Positions 12,780 to 26,647 of a DNA stretch of 64,000 nt are shown one piece after another (the stretch's first letter is position 1; each line of letters starts with the position of its first letter). Under the pieces are notes generated by a model. That model worked only from the letters and a program-made list of their open reading frames with translations, ran no database searches and was not told where the DNA came from. Origin of the DNA: Toensbergia leucococca. Lineage: Eukaryota. Location of the stretch: assembly GCA_022813965.1 (NCBI GenBank), contig JALDZS010000017.1:124001-188000 (forward strand), read 5' to 3'. Position numbers and translations under genes: made by a program.

Positions 12780-14520
12780 CGAAAATACACAAGAAGCCAA
12801 TCCTCACCCACAATGGGAGGAGGTGAGGGAATCTTACTTCCTGCTAACGAAATCGACTTCATTCTCAAGATAGCTGAAGCTACTTGAAAGAAGATTAAGC
12901 AACATATCAGACCTATGAGTGTACAATTTTTTGAAACTTGGGGTCGAAACTTTGGGATCATTCTGCGAAGCAGATTTCACATCTCACAATGTGATGAGAA
13001 GTCATCGGGCCTCGTTTGGTGCTGCGGTGAAGACATGGGATGAGAGAATGAAAACCTTTCACTACGCAACCATCAACGGATACAATCTATATGGGGATGA
13101 GGGAGCGCAGTCAGAAGTAGAGTTAGAATTTGAAAATCTCTGCAAGTCAAAACCAAAGGCACAGAAGAAAAACAAAGAGAAAGAGATGGACATACTTGGT
13201 ATTGGTAGCGAAGCGACATTGCAGGATGACGAAATCCTAAATGATAAGATAATTCTCGGAAGTAAGCCATCATGTTTCAAAGAAATCTTTATTGAAGCAT
13301 TCACAAAGGATAGCACGGGGAAGAAACGAATCCCATCCCAATCGCTGGGACCATTCAGAACAAAACAATTCAAAATGGAAGCCTCAAAAGAGAAGCTCCT
13401 AATTTTCCACAATCTGATATACTACCTATGAAGCTCAGTCATTCAGCAGAGAAAGTACTAACTTTCAAGAGTCACAATGAGCCGACGAATTGTTGAGAGT
13501 CATCAACATTTCACACATAGGTAGCAACCAATAATGAGCTCGTCCGTTGGGAAAAGCCTGTGCCTGCAATCCCTTAGCGACTAATGACGGATCTTCTACT
13601 GAGTTTGAGTCAAATGACATAGAGAGATACCTGAAGTCAAGCGCCAATTGAAGTATCTGCCTGAAGACTTAGGTATACCAAAACTGACTGATTCGAAACT
13701 TAAAGTAAAGTCTTTCGACTTCTTCAAGTGTGACCGGGACACCGTTCGAGACTTTACCCAAGATTCTGGGCAGGTTGTCGATTTGGGAATATGTCCAATC
13801 ATGCGAGCTATGTGGTTGGGAAAATCCTGGGCCAGATTTTAAAGCCTCGTCGCAGTTCCATAGACATACCAAGATAATGTATGCAATGGTCAACTTCTTC
13901 CTCCCGCGCTGTTCCTCCCGTCCAATTTCAGAGTAGATATCAAGAAGATATGTGTGGTGTGCGACAAACGCTTCTCAGTACCTAAAGAGCAGCGTGTTCA
14001 TCAACGTCGTTGTGGCTCAATTGAAACGCTAGTCAATGCGTGCCCGCAACTCCCCTCTTCATCAACAATCGATGTATGGATCGAGGCGACAATATCAACG
14101 GATTGGAACGAAGTAGATGATGTCAATGACGATCGCAGAAATCTGCTTTCCGAACAGGAAGAGCGAGTGATCGTCTTCCTGGGCGTAACCACCACGAGAT
14201 ATCTAATGGCCAAGGCTTGTGCTTTTGAAAAAATTGAAAATCGCCTTACATGACAGCACTCCTCTGTCTTCTCCAGGTTCTCACATTCAGAAGTATTTGC
14301 CACAGAGAAGGTGGAGAGCGATGCTCAAAATTTTCCGTGCAATGGGCTGGTGGAGAAGCAAAGTATATGACGGCCTGGGGATGACATGGGAATTTGATAT
14401 TCTTGTTCAGCGCTGCCGACAGCACATCAACCGTCAATGAAATCGCCGAGTACTTGGACACACCAGTATAAATCTACTCACCTAGAAGAAATACCCACGC
14501 TGATATACAAATGCGTGAAG
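12780..14520 (+). pseudogene. Frameshifted, stop-riddled gene relic carrying two C2H2/C2HC-like zinc fingers; family unknown
   Basis: Consecutive + strand ORF pieces (12919-13431, 13730-13936, 13954-14253, 14219-14440). Fingers: CELCGWENPGPDFKASSQFHRH near 13802 and CVVCDKRFSVPKEQRVHQRRC near 13951. Confidence 0.45.
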
Positions 14521-16159
14521 CTTCCACAATCTGCATGAATCAGATTTGGGAGTAGATCATATCGAGCTTGATTATGATACTAATGAAGGTCACATTGATC
14601 ATGGGAGAGAAAGATGTGGTAATCCTTGAATGACTAGAGATTCGTGCCCTAAGATTGGCTAGCCGGACCTCACGTCAAATCTTTCAGTCACGAAATAGAA
14701 TAACGCAATTTTTCAGTTTCTCAACGCACACATTGCTTTTGTCTGGATCAAGGTCCGAATCAACCGCCAAATTCCAACACCCTAAACCCTCTACGAAGAA
14801 TGTCCACCGACTTCGGATTGGTACAATGCAACTACCTATGCAAGCCACGTATAACTAGGATTTTGTTATGCAGAGTTGATCCAGGGGGGGTTTCAACTTC
14901 AACTCCTGTATCTATTGCATTCCGAAAAGGGCCGACTTGGATTACCGGGGCTGTGGTAGACACGTCTTGGCCCAGCAGAGTAATGAAATCTGCAGCGATC
15001 TGCCTTGACCGAGATAGCCTTCACTTATCGTCAAGGTTGTGGTCAGCCCATGGTATTGGCGACAACGCACAATCTTACGACTCAACGTGAACTAAATGCA
15101 TCAAAGCACACCAGTACAAAGTTCGAATACTATCATGGGTCAAGGAGTAGATACCTTATCTTACCTCACAAGCAAAGACTTACATGGAAAGCTAAAAGGA
15201 GGCCTCGATATACGCGCAGATATTCCGAACTCGACGATGAAATGACTTTTTCTCGATACGGAAGCGCATATGCTCAACTCCCAGTCCAGAAAAAAAAACC
15301 CTATCATCTTCCACGTTTCGAGCTTCCCATGCGCTTCCCTTCCTGGAATCGGAAATACACCAGCAGCTGCGTTGCCCGGATGGAGCTGAAGGTGCTAGCC
15401 GAAAAGGGGGAGAGTCCTTGCATGCATATCCGCGCAGCACCATTTACCTACTGTTGATGCATTGGTCCCAAAAAGGCTCAATGTGACAATCGTGCAACGA
15501 AGCTATAATCCCCTGCTGCAGATCGAAGCCCCCTGTTATATTCACGGGCCGCAGATCTTCTACCTGTCAAGTATTTCAAGCACGATCAATCACACTAAAC
15601 CCTTTCTACAAGACATAGATATAGGTAGTTGCCGAATATAACATCCATGTACATATATACACCTACCCGCTGCGAACAAACAGCATGTTTTGATCCCCGT
15701 TCCATTACGGGGGCTTCGGAAATAGAAAGGGGAAAACGGAGAGACGGAGACGGAGATTACCGAAACAAATTTATGCTCAATGTCCGTGCGGACGCATATT
15801 TTCAAATCAGCGAGGCGCAAAAACGAGATAACAGATTTCTAATCATCTAGATAGGTAGAATTAACATGCATTTCAAACAGACCTAGACATCCTACCCAAT
15901 TCACTCGTGAATACGGATATTACCTCGTACGTAGAGCTTTCCCATGCAAATGAAATCACCCCCCACCAAACCCCACATTTATTCACAACATCCTCCAAAA
16001 ATTCCTTCCCACCACACCCCTTTTCATCACACCCCCTCCTCCTCCCCCCTTCACTCCCCTTATAAAAACCCGCCACCATCTCAACAGCCTCACCCATCAT
16101 TTCAAGAGTAGCGCAGGGGCCGGGGATTCAAATGGGAGGTGAGTGCGGGGTGAAACGTT

Positions 16160-16758
16160 CTGATGTTGTGTGTTGATGACTGAGGGATGTTTGTCATTTA
16201 ATGATGTTGATTTCTCCTTTTTTTTATGAGAGAAGAGAGATGATCATGTTTTGATAATCAAAATTGTCTATTTATTCAAAGCTAAGGTTTCTTTAATTCT
16301 CAGGCTCCCTCACTCACTCACTCTACCTCATCATCATTATCACTGCTCTCTTGTCTAAGACAGATTGAATACATATCTCTCATCAATTCTCATCACTTTT
16401 CTTATATTCTTTCCTTTCTTTTCTCACACCTCTTCCTCACTTGAATATCTTTTTTAAAACTTATTCAATATATACACCTCCCCCTTTTTGATTTTCTACT
16501 CTTATAGAGTAACTCCCCTCACTTCCCCTTGCCCCTCTGAAAATTTTTCAAAAAGATCCTTTCTACCTTTTTTTTTCAAAAAAAAAACTCCCTCAAAAAA
16601 CACCCTCCCCCCTTATCATTCAAAAGATCCCATTTCTCTTCTGAGAAAAATAGGCTGCTAGCTAGCATAAAAATGCTCCTTTCAATCAAAACAACTTCAT
16701 CTCTATTCCCTCTTTTCCTAAGACATATATCACACAAGAACCTTTCCTTCAAACCAAA
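16160..16758. repeat. AT-rich, CpG-free degenerate tract (likely hypermutated repeat relic)
   Basis: No CG dinucleotide seen between about 16158 and 16759. CA/TG-rich, with homopolymer runs and no credible ORF. Confidence 0.5.
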
Positions 16759-17496
16759 GCGCCTGAAAACAAAAACGGTAAACATCAAAAAACAAATCTC
16801 AAGTATACACATACACAAACATTTCCTGCCCCACATGAGGATTTTTTGAGGGATGGAGATAAGAGGGGTGAACCGTTCAAGCAGGCACTTAAGTGTGCGA
16901 GAGAGAACCCGTTTTGTTGGGGCCGCTTGAGACCCTTTTTGGGAGGGAGGGTACGGATATTCCAAGGCGCCCGGAGGTAGGAGGGGCCGGGAGATAAGAA
17001 GAGGGGTGGAGGGTTGAGAAAGGGTCTTGAGTGTTTGTGTGTATTGGCGCATTGAGGGAATGTGTTTTTGGAGGGTGGGACAACAGATATGCGTTTGTTA
17101 TAAATGCGGTTAAATTTACAATTTTTTTTCGGACGCGCGACTGACGTGTGTATAAATTGTTGATCAGAGTACGGACCCCCCTCCCTTTTTTTTTGGAACC
17201 CCGTTGAGCTAGATATTTGCCTGCATGCTTCCTCCCTTGGGTAAATCTGGCCGACCAATGTTTCGCGCGTTGAGGGAGAAAGTGCGTTTTTGCTTCCCCT
17301 GCTGTGTTGCCGCGATTTCCATGGTTGAACATTCTCGTATTATACGTGTTGATGCAAACCCTCTTATCTAGAATCTATATAATTCAATGCATGTCCCTAT
17401 ACATCAATCCATGGCCACACCACGGACACACACTCACTCACACACACACACCACTCATACATGTCTATCAACAAAATCCGGGCCCCGCTTCTTTTA

Positions 17497-19951
17497 CTAC
17501 AGCGTGTCCTGTTGCCACGCTGTGCTTGCGTTCGCTTGCAACTCCCAAAAGCTGGGCGACCGCTCAAACTGCCCAGCGGCTGAGACCAGGCCCGACGGCA
17601 AGAATATCTGATCCTCACCATGCATCGATGTATCGATGACGTTGCCAAAGTCATCGTTCCACGTATCTGTTACGCCCTGCATTTCTAGTTTCGGGTCGAG
17701 AGTATGGTAGCTGTTAGCTTCTGTCCACAGGATATTGGCAAAGGAGTCGTTATCGCTACTGCGGCTAGCGGAATCGCTGTTGGCGGATGAGGAGGTGCTG
17801 TCGGCCGTTGCTTTGCGGATGACGGTGGCGGCCGCCTGAGAGCAAGAGAAGGCAACAAGTAAAAGTTGGGTGGTGTAGCTGTTGGGTTGGTCGGACCGCT
17901 GATAATTTTGGAGATTTTCCGTGGCGTGGAACATTAATTGGAGGTCTTGGGCGGAATCCTCGGATAAGGGTTCTTGGATGACGCTGGCGAAGAGGACGAA
18001 GAAAGGGACAAACGGATTGGCTTGGATGATGCTGGATTGGGGAAGAATGTTGGTCAAAAGGTATCAGTTCTGGGTAGATGATGAAAGGTGTACATACAGA
18101 CGGAACATGGTAGTGGTATAACTCAAATGCTGAGACAGCTGCAAGCATAACCTCGCATTATCTCGGCACTGTTGTCTATTAAATGGGCTTTTCCCCGACC
18201 GATGTATCAAGATTCGAGTAGTATAGAGGTTGAAACTCAGAGCGGTGCTGAGTCGGGGTGAACTTGAAGACTTGGTACTTTCTTCGACGCCGTCTTCGCA
18301 CAAGTCATGATACTTGTGGGTCCAAAGCGCCAACTTTCGATCTAGCCGAGCAATGTTATTATCCCTTTCCGAGTCGCTGCTCCTACAGGCCTGACTCGAG
18401 TAAAGACTCTGTGAGGTATCTTCCTGGATTGTGGCTAGTTTGATCCTCGCCACAAAATGCTTTAGATATGGGTTGGTTGGATCGTTTTCAGGAAGATCGA
18501 CATTACAATCAAGGATAGGCAAGCAGCAAGGATTCCCCATTGTTGACGTGATGGTCTTGTCCATCACGTACAAGGTCCAAAAGACACTGTTGCGTTCAAG
18601 AGCTTCTTCGACGGTCTGGTCTATTAGTATAGCGTTTTGCTGATGAAGACCAATAGATCTTGCTACAAAACAAGCCTGGTTGAGCAGAAGAGATGAAAGG
18701 CTATCTTGGAAGTTTTCTTGGGCAACGACACACTGTATCAATGGTCGAATGAGTAGCGATACAACAGGAGGTTACTTTCGTAGTGGCAAAGGGTTTGAAG
18801 GTGAGGGAAAAGAGGTGTTAGGACGTTACATACCATAGATATCAATGCCTGTACATTGACCAGTCTCGGCTCGAGAAATCGTTCCAACTTATCTAGCCCC
18901 GGCCGAGCATTGAGAATGAATGACCTGGCTAACTCTGCCTCCATAGCATCTCCGATAGAATTACCTGCTCTGCTTCCAAACTTTCTTGAGAGATCTAGAG
19001 CTCTGGCATTCAAGGTCTGTAGGATTATGATGTTGAAGCATACGATCCAAGCACTATCGGCTTGTCTAGGGTCTCCTGCATAGATCTTTCGTACGTTGTC
19101 GCAGAATACATCCTTTCGAAAGACTGGGAGCATCCAATTGATCTGACTGAAGTACGGCTCGATGAAAGCGTCCAAGAGGCCTTTGTGTGGTAAAACCAAG
19201 GATAAGCCATCATTGGACAGGTCCATGGAACTATTCGTCGTCATTGAATTTGCAAGATTCTGTGTAATAGTAAGGAATTCTTCCAGACTTTCGTCTTGAC
19301 TCATGACACTAGTATTGATACGACGATCTTGATCATCCCGCATGTAGTTTTGCAATAGAGACTGGATCTCTCGGAGTAACGAAAGTAACGAGCTTGACCC
19401 ATAATATTGCTTGTTTACTATATGACATCTTGAATTTGGAGAAGGGAGAAAGTTTCTGGCGTCGAGCACTCTTGAACCACCGGGCTCGTTCAATTCTACG
19501 ACTGGCGTTGAAAAAGGAGTCGGGTCTGAAGGCGGTGATTCTTTCGTCATGTCTTTTATGGCTGTCTTGAAATGAGACATGGTCTCATCTATGTTATCTA
19601 GGCGGGCTTTCATCTCTTCCAACCTATCGAGACTAATGTGCAAAGGTTTAGTATTTCCGTAATCTCAGACTCCAGCTGGCGGAAGAGGAAATCAAGCAGC
19701 TCAAAACGCTAGACGACGAGGAATGAGCCATGAAAGGAATACTGAAAACTCAAGATTGGGACACGTGAGAACAGCGTTTAGGAAAGATTTACGAACAGTA
19801 ACCTGCTTTGACTTGATCGCTTCTCTCGCTTCGAGAAGCCACACGGGACATTACTTCGCTGACAATTGAGACACTGAGGCTGCTCGCGACCACACCTCGT
19901 CTTCTTGAGACGACATTCATCGCAGGCCGGATCGTGCGAGGAAAACGACAT
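17497..19951 (-). CDS. Zn(II)2Cys6 fungal-specific transcription factor with middle homology (Fungal_trans) domain, 4 exons
   Basis: ATG at 19951: MSFSSHDPACDECRLKKTRCGREQPQCLNCQRSNVPC. A GTTCGT intron joins to LLDRLEEM. Further motifs: YYGSSSLLSL, NVQALISM, ARSIGLH, ERNSVFWTLYVMDK. Stop at 17497. Confidence 0.9.
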
Positions 19952-22296
19952 TGATTACCTGATAGGGTACTTTAGCTCTCTGCAGAGTTCGTATGATTCG
20001 ACGACTAACCAAGGGAGCTATGATGAGACGTCCTCCTTGCACGTGCTACATGAGACGGAATTGGTTGACAGACTCAAAAGTATGGGCTCTGTCCAAGCTC
20101 GATCAGCGAGTAAGAAGTCGACGGCACCTTTAGACGTATAAGGGACGAAATATAAAGCGGGCCAGTGATGAGTCAAGAGTGTCGTTGAACAGGGAAGGGT
20201 TGATAGACTACAAAGATCTGAATTGTGTAGATACAATACAAAAACTCGATCAGCGATCCCAACCCTTACGCGCAGTATTTAACACTTCAGTCCAGTCTGG
20301 GTATTCGGAATCTATATACGAGACGGTGGGAGACTTCTTCTCTTCGCACAGCTGCATGTCAAGGTTCATCCTAATAAGCGCACCATAAAAGCCCGCTCCC
20401 AACCTATGCAGGCTTAGCTGCAATGCCTAGCTTTGTTTTCTCGCAGTCAATCATGCCCTTGTAGTGTCGAGTAGTGGCAATCAAGATTCAAGACAGGGCG
20501 TTCGACCTTTGCAAGCGTCGATAGTACTGACAATGTCAAGGAACGGATCTCAAACTAGGGCGTGGAGTATCATATCCTTGATCGTCCGAGTCGGGCCGCA
20601 TGCCTGAATTCCCCACGGGTTTCTGGAGGTGCATGTGGGGAGTGATATGTAGGCTGTAGCATGTCGCAATGTTGCAGAGAGAGAGTCGATGTCTCGATTG
20701 GGGCATGATGGGGGGTGATTCGTTGTTTGGCCGATTTCTCCGTTTTCTCTTGCAGGTGGCTGGCTGTCAGCCTTTTTCTTAAAGTGGGTTACACCAGGAG
20801 AGCCAATGGGTCGATATGAGGTTGTGTATATAAGCTATTGGCTAACGGGAGGTGACGGGATCGCCAGGAGAGATCTGGCTTGCGCAAGCTGACTTTGCAG
20901 ATCTTGCCGATCTACTTGGCAGTCAGCTTCTTCTGGATGTTGCAGAAGTACCTAGTGAGCTTTTCCTGCATATTTCTAATCCGGACTTTGGCTTGGGCTT
21001 GCAGATCAGTCACCGAAGCGGCGTCCAGAACCTTCCAATCACCGCTTGGTAGCCTGCCTCGAGCATCTTCGAGCATCTCTTATCCGCCTCCCATCCGTGG
21101 ACAATCATCTGCCTATGCATGATGATAGCCTTCTCGTATTCGTGATTCAATGGAAAGCTCCAAGGTCATCCACTGCCTCTCATAGAGAGCGTGGCCCAGA
21201 GTCCTGGACTGGAAGTTCGAGGTCCATCGGCCAGGCCTCATTGTATTGTCAGAAGAATCATGTTCTTACAATCGTGGGACGAGTGTAACATGATCTCTCA
21301 ACCTAGGTAGGTATGTAGGACAAGGGCGTGCATGATGGGAAAGTCATTGAGATTCGGACTGAGTTCCTCGATCTCTGCATCGAGATACGGTCGCTAATCT
21401 CGAGTGCTTGGTTAAACAGGAGACAGGATGCAGCAGCATTCGGATGTTGAAAGGGGATTGGATTCCGAGTACTCGTATCTGTTTGATTTGTCTTGCAATG
21501 CAGAGGTTCACGTACGAGTTTGATAGGTAAGGTAAGGTACTTGGTGGGTCTTTGTCACATGGTTTAAGACGGCGTGCTTTTGTACTTGTGACTACGTTAG
21601 GTACGTACCTACCTTACCTCATCCGTACTCGCACCTTATCTGTGGCTTCGGTCATGGGTCCGATAAATCTAAATTTCGGGCCTAAATCTAAAGTCCGTGC
21701 CACAGATCTCCTTTCGCATCCGACACTAATGAGGTAATTACCTACCTTAGAAAGAAAGAAGACGCCATCCCACCAGTCAAATCACCGCTTCAACGTTCCG
21801 AATCTCAGCTCGAATTCAATTGGATCGCCAAAGAGGGTCTCGAACGTTACTAACAGACGTGTTTGTCATGCTGGCGAGCCCAATTTGTCAAGTGATTGGC
21901 CTTTCCGTTGGATACAACGCTCAACCGTCTGTGGGTCATTCCGCAAAGAATGACCCACATTGCCCTCAATTTTGCACAATTGTGACTTGGACCCGCAGCT
22001 TGCGCTTTTGCATTACTTACAGAGCTAGGTGGATAGACAAGTAGGCAGAGACGTAGACAGATAAATTGGTGTGCTAAGTTCTTCAACCTGCTACGCATAT
22101 CATGTAATGTAAGCGTGTTAGACTACTCAAAAGCATGCATATGGCGTTTCAGGAGAGCTGGCGCTTCGTATTGCTATCTCGGCACTACAGTGACCTGAAG
22201 ACAGGACGGGCCGGGCGCAAAAGTGGTAGCGTCACAGAAGGTTCGTGTGATGGCGAGAAAATGGTTCCAGGGATTGCTCAATTAGCTCATAGCCAA

Positions 22297-25200
22297 CTAT
22301 AAGTCTACCTTCTTCGAGTACAGGCTCGCAACCTGTTCGAAGAGACTGATCATAGGAGGCAATGCAAAAGGTGGGCTAATTCCAAAGATTTCAGCTAGTT
22401 GTTCCGGCCGGACAATTACCGGGTCGTCTTCTTCTATGCTTGGGATGTTACCAAGGGATGACAACTCGAGAGGCAGCCGTCCACTCTTGGTGTCCGTATT
22501 GTCACTGTTGGGCTCATCAATCTTTCCATTGCCGTATATGTTCTGAAGTCCATTGGAAGCCGACTTCTCCGCCTCCTTTTCAATCCCATTCTTTGAGACG
22601 GTCGACCGTATGTGGCTCGGGGTGCTAGGAGTCAGTATCCTGACTTCAGCCGCTGAATCAACAACATAATAGCCCTTACGATCCGCGGTTGGTAGTAATG
22701 CGTTTATAGTATTAGGCAAAGTCGTCGTGTATAGAGGTGTTGGGTATGCCGGATCGAAGACCATGATTTGTGATCTGCTCTTGGTGATGTATTTTGACGG
22801 ACACAGAATTTCCGACAAGGCAATAGCAAACGTGTTTCGAAGGATATCGACGGCTAGATGTGTTGTGGTAGCCTGTCTGGTTCTCGACAGACCATGAAAA
22901 TTTGGAACAAAGCTATAACAGAGCTGCCCATTCACTAGATCCCACACGCTAAGCTCATGAGACAATATCACCAAATACTTCCCAAGTATACCCAGGCCCA
23001 ACAGAGGACCTGTATAAAGCCCATTTCGGGTGTACCGGATTTTGCCGTCCTCAGTTTGGATGATGTGGATCGTTGATGGCGAAAGCGATTGATATCCAGC
23101 AGCGATTATTGACCCATCAGGAGAGTAAGCTATTTTAGCTCCTGAATGCTCATCATTTTCTTGCTTCCTAGATTCCGGAACAGGCATTGGTGAAGCGTGT
23201 CGACATTTCCAGGTTGTAAGAACTCTACTATCCTTAGCTCGGACTTCGATCCCATCACGACGTCGTGCTGAGGGTTCCCATAATCTGGCCATACCATCGT
23301 CACCAATGGTGGCAAAGCCAACTAAAGACGGATCCGAAATCAAGTCGAATACCCTGCCAATACCGTGAGAACTATCGAGCTGGACTGAATGAGGATTATC
23401 AATCCTTGAAACTAGTTCCCAGACGTTGATTTCGCTATTCCAAGACCAAAACTTAAGGTAAACCTCAAGTCGGCCGGGTTGATCTTTTGTTGGCGTCTCA
23501 TTGTTGCACAAAAGATGCCTCGTGTCTCTCTTCGGTGGCATCCATTCATCTAATGTTGCAAGCCACTGGGCATCTTGACTGAATTGGATATGAGTTACAT
23601 GGGGTTCTTGAATGGTATTTGACTCGGGTCCCATGTTCAAAGTAGTAGTTTTGGTTCGTGTAAGTGCCTGTCTAGATATCTGATGAGCAGAGCTAATGTC
23701 AAAACTTTGTAGGTAAGCTGCAGACTGATAGGTTGTTGGACTAATTCGAGAGCTGGAGGATGATGGTACCGCAAATAGCAGGTGACCTGGATTGGATGAA
23801 CTCAGTGCGGTGGGAGTGCGAATAAGTTGCGGAGGCGTGGAAGACTGCAATGGTGAATCGACAGTGGCTATATGTGGTAGTGGCATTAAAGGCTTTCGCA
23901 CTGCTGGGACTTGGATACCTGATATACTGACAGTCGGCTGGAGCTCTGCAGTTGAAAGGATCATTGCGGAGTTGTCACCAAGTCTAATTGCGTAGGATGA
24001 CCCAGACGGTGACACCACAATGCTTTCGACGGGAGCTGAGAGATGAGGTAAGGATTGCTTGTGTCCAGTTTCGAGCTGCCAAAGTACAAGGACGGTTTCT
24101 AGCCCCCCCGATACAACATAGTTTCCTACGAAATTAGCAATATTACATTGTTTAGAACATGACATACATACCGTCTGTAGACCATTTCAATGTTAGAACA
24201 CCGTTCCTATGCCAATGCATTCTTCGAGGAGCTATGGTTTCCACATTCGTAGGTTTCCTATGATGCTCTTTGCGGATGAGCTTCCCAAGGAGGTCCTCGT
24301 AGATAAAAATTGAGCCTTTCAGATCTCCAATGACGACGTCAACTACAGGTTGTGTCTTGACTCTGGTTGTATTTGCCTCAGAAGGCTTGACTCGTACGTC
24401 AATACTAGTAATCCATTCTAAGCAGTCTAATTCCCGCCAAACGTAAGAGAGGTCTCGTAGTGGAGATGAACTAGGTTTGTCGCAATATCCAATCATCATT
24501 CGTGACCTGGAAGTTGTGACAACGATATTTCCGTCGTCTAATATCTTGACGGAAGTCAATGGCTCAGGGTGCTTGAGCAGAGTTTGTAATTCGGTATTTT
24601 CCGCGTTGACCCCCCCCTTCAGACGATGTGCTGTAATCATCCATTGCTGTTTCTTGTCGATTGTATAAAGTATACCGTCATCTGAGTCGTTTGAAACAGC
24701 TTGTACCGTAGCCAGAGAATAAATCTGCGAAGATATGTCCCATCTGCCTAGTTTTACGCCTTCGGTCCAGTCCCATTTGTCGATCGAACCCGAGAATGTC
24801 GAAACATAAAGATGATTTGGATTAGTAGAAGAAAGTGTAAATGCTGTTATTATACCAGGCTTCTTATTCTGAAGTCTACGCATCAACAGCGAAGTCGACG
24901 TAGAATAAATTTTTATTGCGGTATCGTACGCAAGAATTAGACATCTAGAGAGAAGTTTTCAATAATCAGTAAAGCTACAGAACAAAGATAGAGAACTGAC
25001 TCTTCATCCTGAGAGAATATTGGATCTAGATCAAGCATTCGACCTCCTACAGCACTTGAGATTTTCCATGCCGAAGAGTCAGAGTCCATGTGATGTCGAG
25101 CGCTCTTGCGAGACATGGATTTTCCCACATCCCCACTCCTGATACTCTCCTCGAGTTTTCCCTGTCCCTCTTTTGTAACGAGTGCCGTCTTTTCGCCTTG

Positions 25201-25464
25201 CGTTTCTTCACGTTCCGTCTTTCGAATTGACCTCTTTCCTTTCCTTTTTCCCATTTTGGCTATCTTGTTGGCAGCGCTGGGGTCAAACCTGGCATTCTCC
25301 AAGTCTAGATGAGATGTGTCGGGCTGTGTGTCCATTTTGGTGCTTGCATTCATATGATTCCCATCCATGGCGATCGAGTTGTTCTTTTTGTGCTTTTTGA
25401 GTCTCCTGTGTCCTTTGACGTCTGCTGGCTCTACCCCCTCCGATTCGTGTTTCCTCTTCGACAT
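22297..25464 (-). CDS. NAN1: WD40 small-subunit processome (t-UTP) protein Nan1/Utp17 (WDR75 orthologue), 3 exons
   Basis: Basic N-terminus. HWHRNGVLTLKWSTDG|NYVVSGGLETVLVLWQLETGHKQSLPHL, WLATLDEW and LKFWSW are characteristic of Utp17/WDR75. Two canonical introns. Confidence 0.9.
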
Positions 25465-25738
25465 ATCGAGGGATTGGTAGATATCAGAGCTCCGTAGTCA
25501 CCAGGCTTGATCTAAAATCAATGTCGGATGCTTACATGTCCACAGGAAACTGAAATTTGGAAAGGGCAAAAAGTTCTACTCGTGAATTGGCTTAGCAAAT
25601 AAAGTTCGTAGGGCTGAATTTCGCGAGAATTAATTAGTGTGAACGAGGCTTTCTCCTTTGAAAGTGTCGACTGACACTCTCCATCTTCTCCTAATTCTCA
25701 ACATCAGACAACCTCGAATTAGATCGCAGGCCGGCGTC

Positions 25739-26135
25739 ATGATTATCCCTGTTCGGTGTTTCTCCTGCGGCAAGGTTCATTCTCCCTGAATGCAAAGGTT
25801 TGTATCAAGCCAGTGACTGACATTGACTGCAGGTGATCGGGGATTTATGGGAGAGTTATTTGAAGCTCTTGGATGATGGCGTCGGTGATGGGTAATGACT
25901 ACATATCCCGTGAAAAGCCTGCCATTCCTCATATTGATGTTATCTCTCTTACTAGAGAAGCCATGGATAGACTAGGATGCAAGCGTTACTGCTGCCGGCG
26001 CATGATCATGACACACGTGGACCTCATTGAGAAGCTCCTAAAGTACGTTTGTGATTCTAATAATCTTGCTCCAACTAAGAGAGTTGCAGGTACAACCCGG
26101 CAGAAAGGGACAAGTCAAGGCATCCAACTCAATGA
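25739..26135 (+). CDS. RPB10: DNA-directed RNA polymerases I/II/III subunit RPABC5, 4 exons
   Basis: [75 protein letters not shown]. Three GT-AG introns. Confidence 0.97.
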
Positions 26136-26647
26136 CCAGTATATTTTACAGACCATGAGACTTAGGCAATATGCTCTTGGGAACTCCTATGATGCGTGAA
26201 GTACTTGCATGGTTTATGCAGAAAGAAAAATCAGTCTCCTCCTTGCCAAATAAAGAACGTTGTTTGCCGTCTTTGGCTCAGCCCCCCTCTTGCCCAACCG
26301 CTTACTGTGGGACTGCCTTGGATGGCTTTGAATATCAACTTTTATAAATCACTCTAATCCTCGAAGCTGCAGCGCCTCCTAATGCAGCACTAATGCGTAA
26401 GGTACCTCAGAGGGTCCAGCTTTCATGGATTGTTTGACTAAATTTTGCCGAACAACTATTGAGACGAGCGACGGGTAAAGTTCCGCTTCCGCCTCGATAA
26501 ACTCTTGAGCCCCACATTCCTCTTATGATTTCATTACAGTTTTCCAGGCAAGAACAAGAACAGCACTGTCAATAGCATAGGTACACAGAAATGCAGAACC
26601 TCGATCATCAAGAATACCCCGATGAAAAAGAATAATAATCGCTGAGA

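Noticed and set aside
8900..16800. Starship giant transposon
   Set aside because: No DUF3435 tyrosine-recombinase motifs or boundary repeats could be recognised; only generic decayed cargo-like fragments.
19640..19680. CTGAGATTACGGAAATAC in the first intron of the Zn2Cys6 gene resembles the start of a fungal TPP riboswitch
   Set aside because: The downstream GATCTGGATAATACCAGCG-type P4/P5 core is absent, the match abuts the branch site, and the gene is unrelated to thiamine.
20850..21290. Short ORFs upstream of the transcription factor, on both strands
   Set aside because: No family match or consistent exon structure; a relic cannot be excluded.
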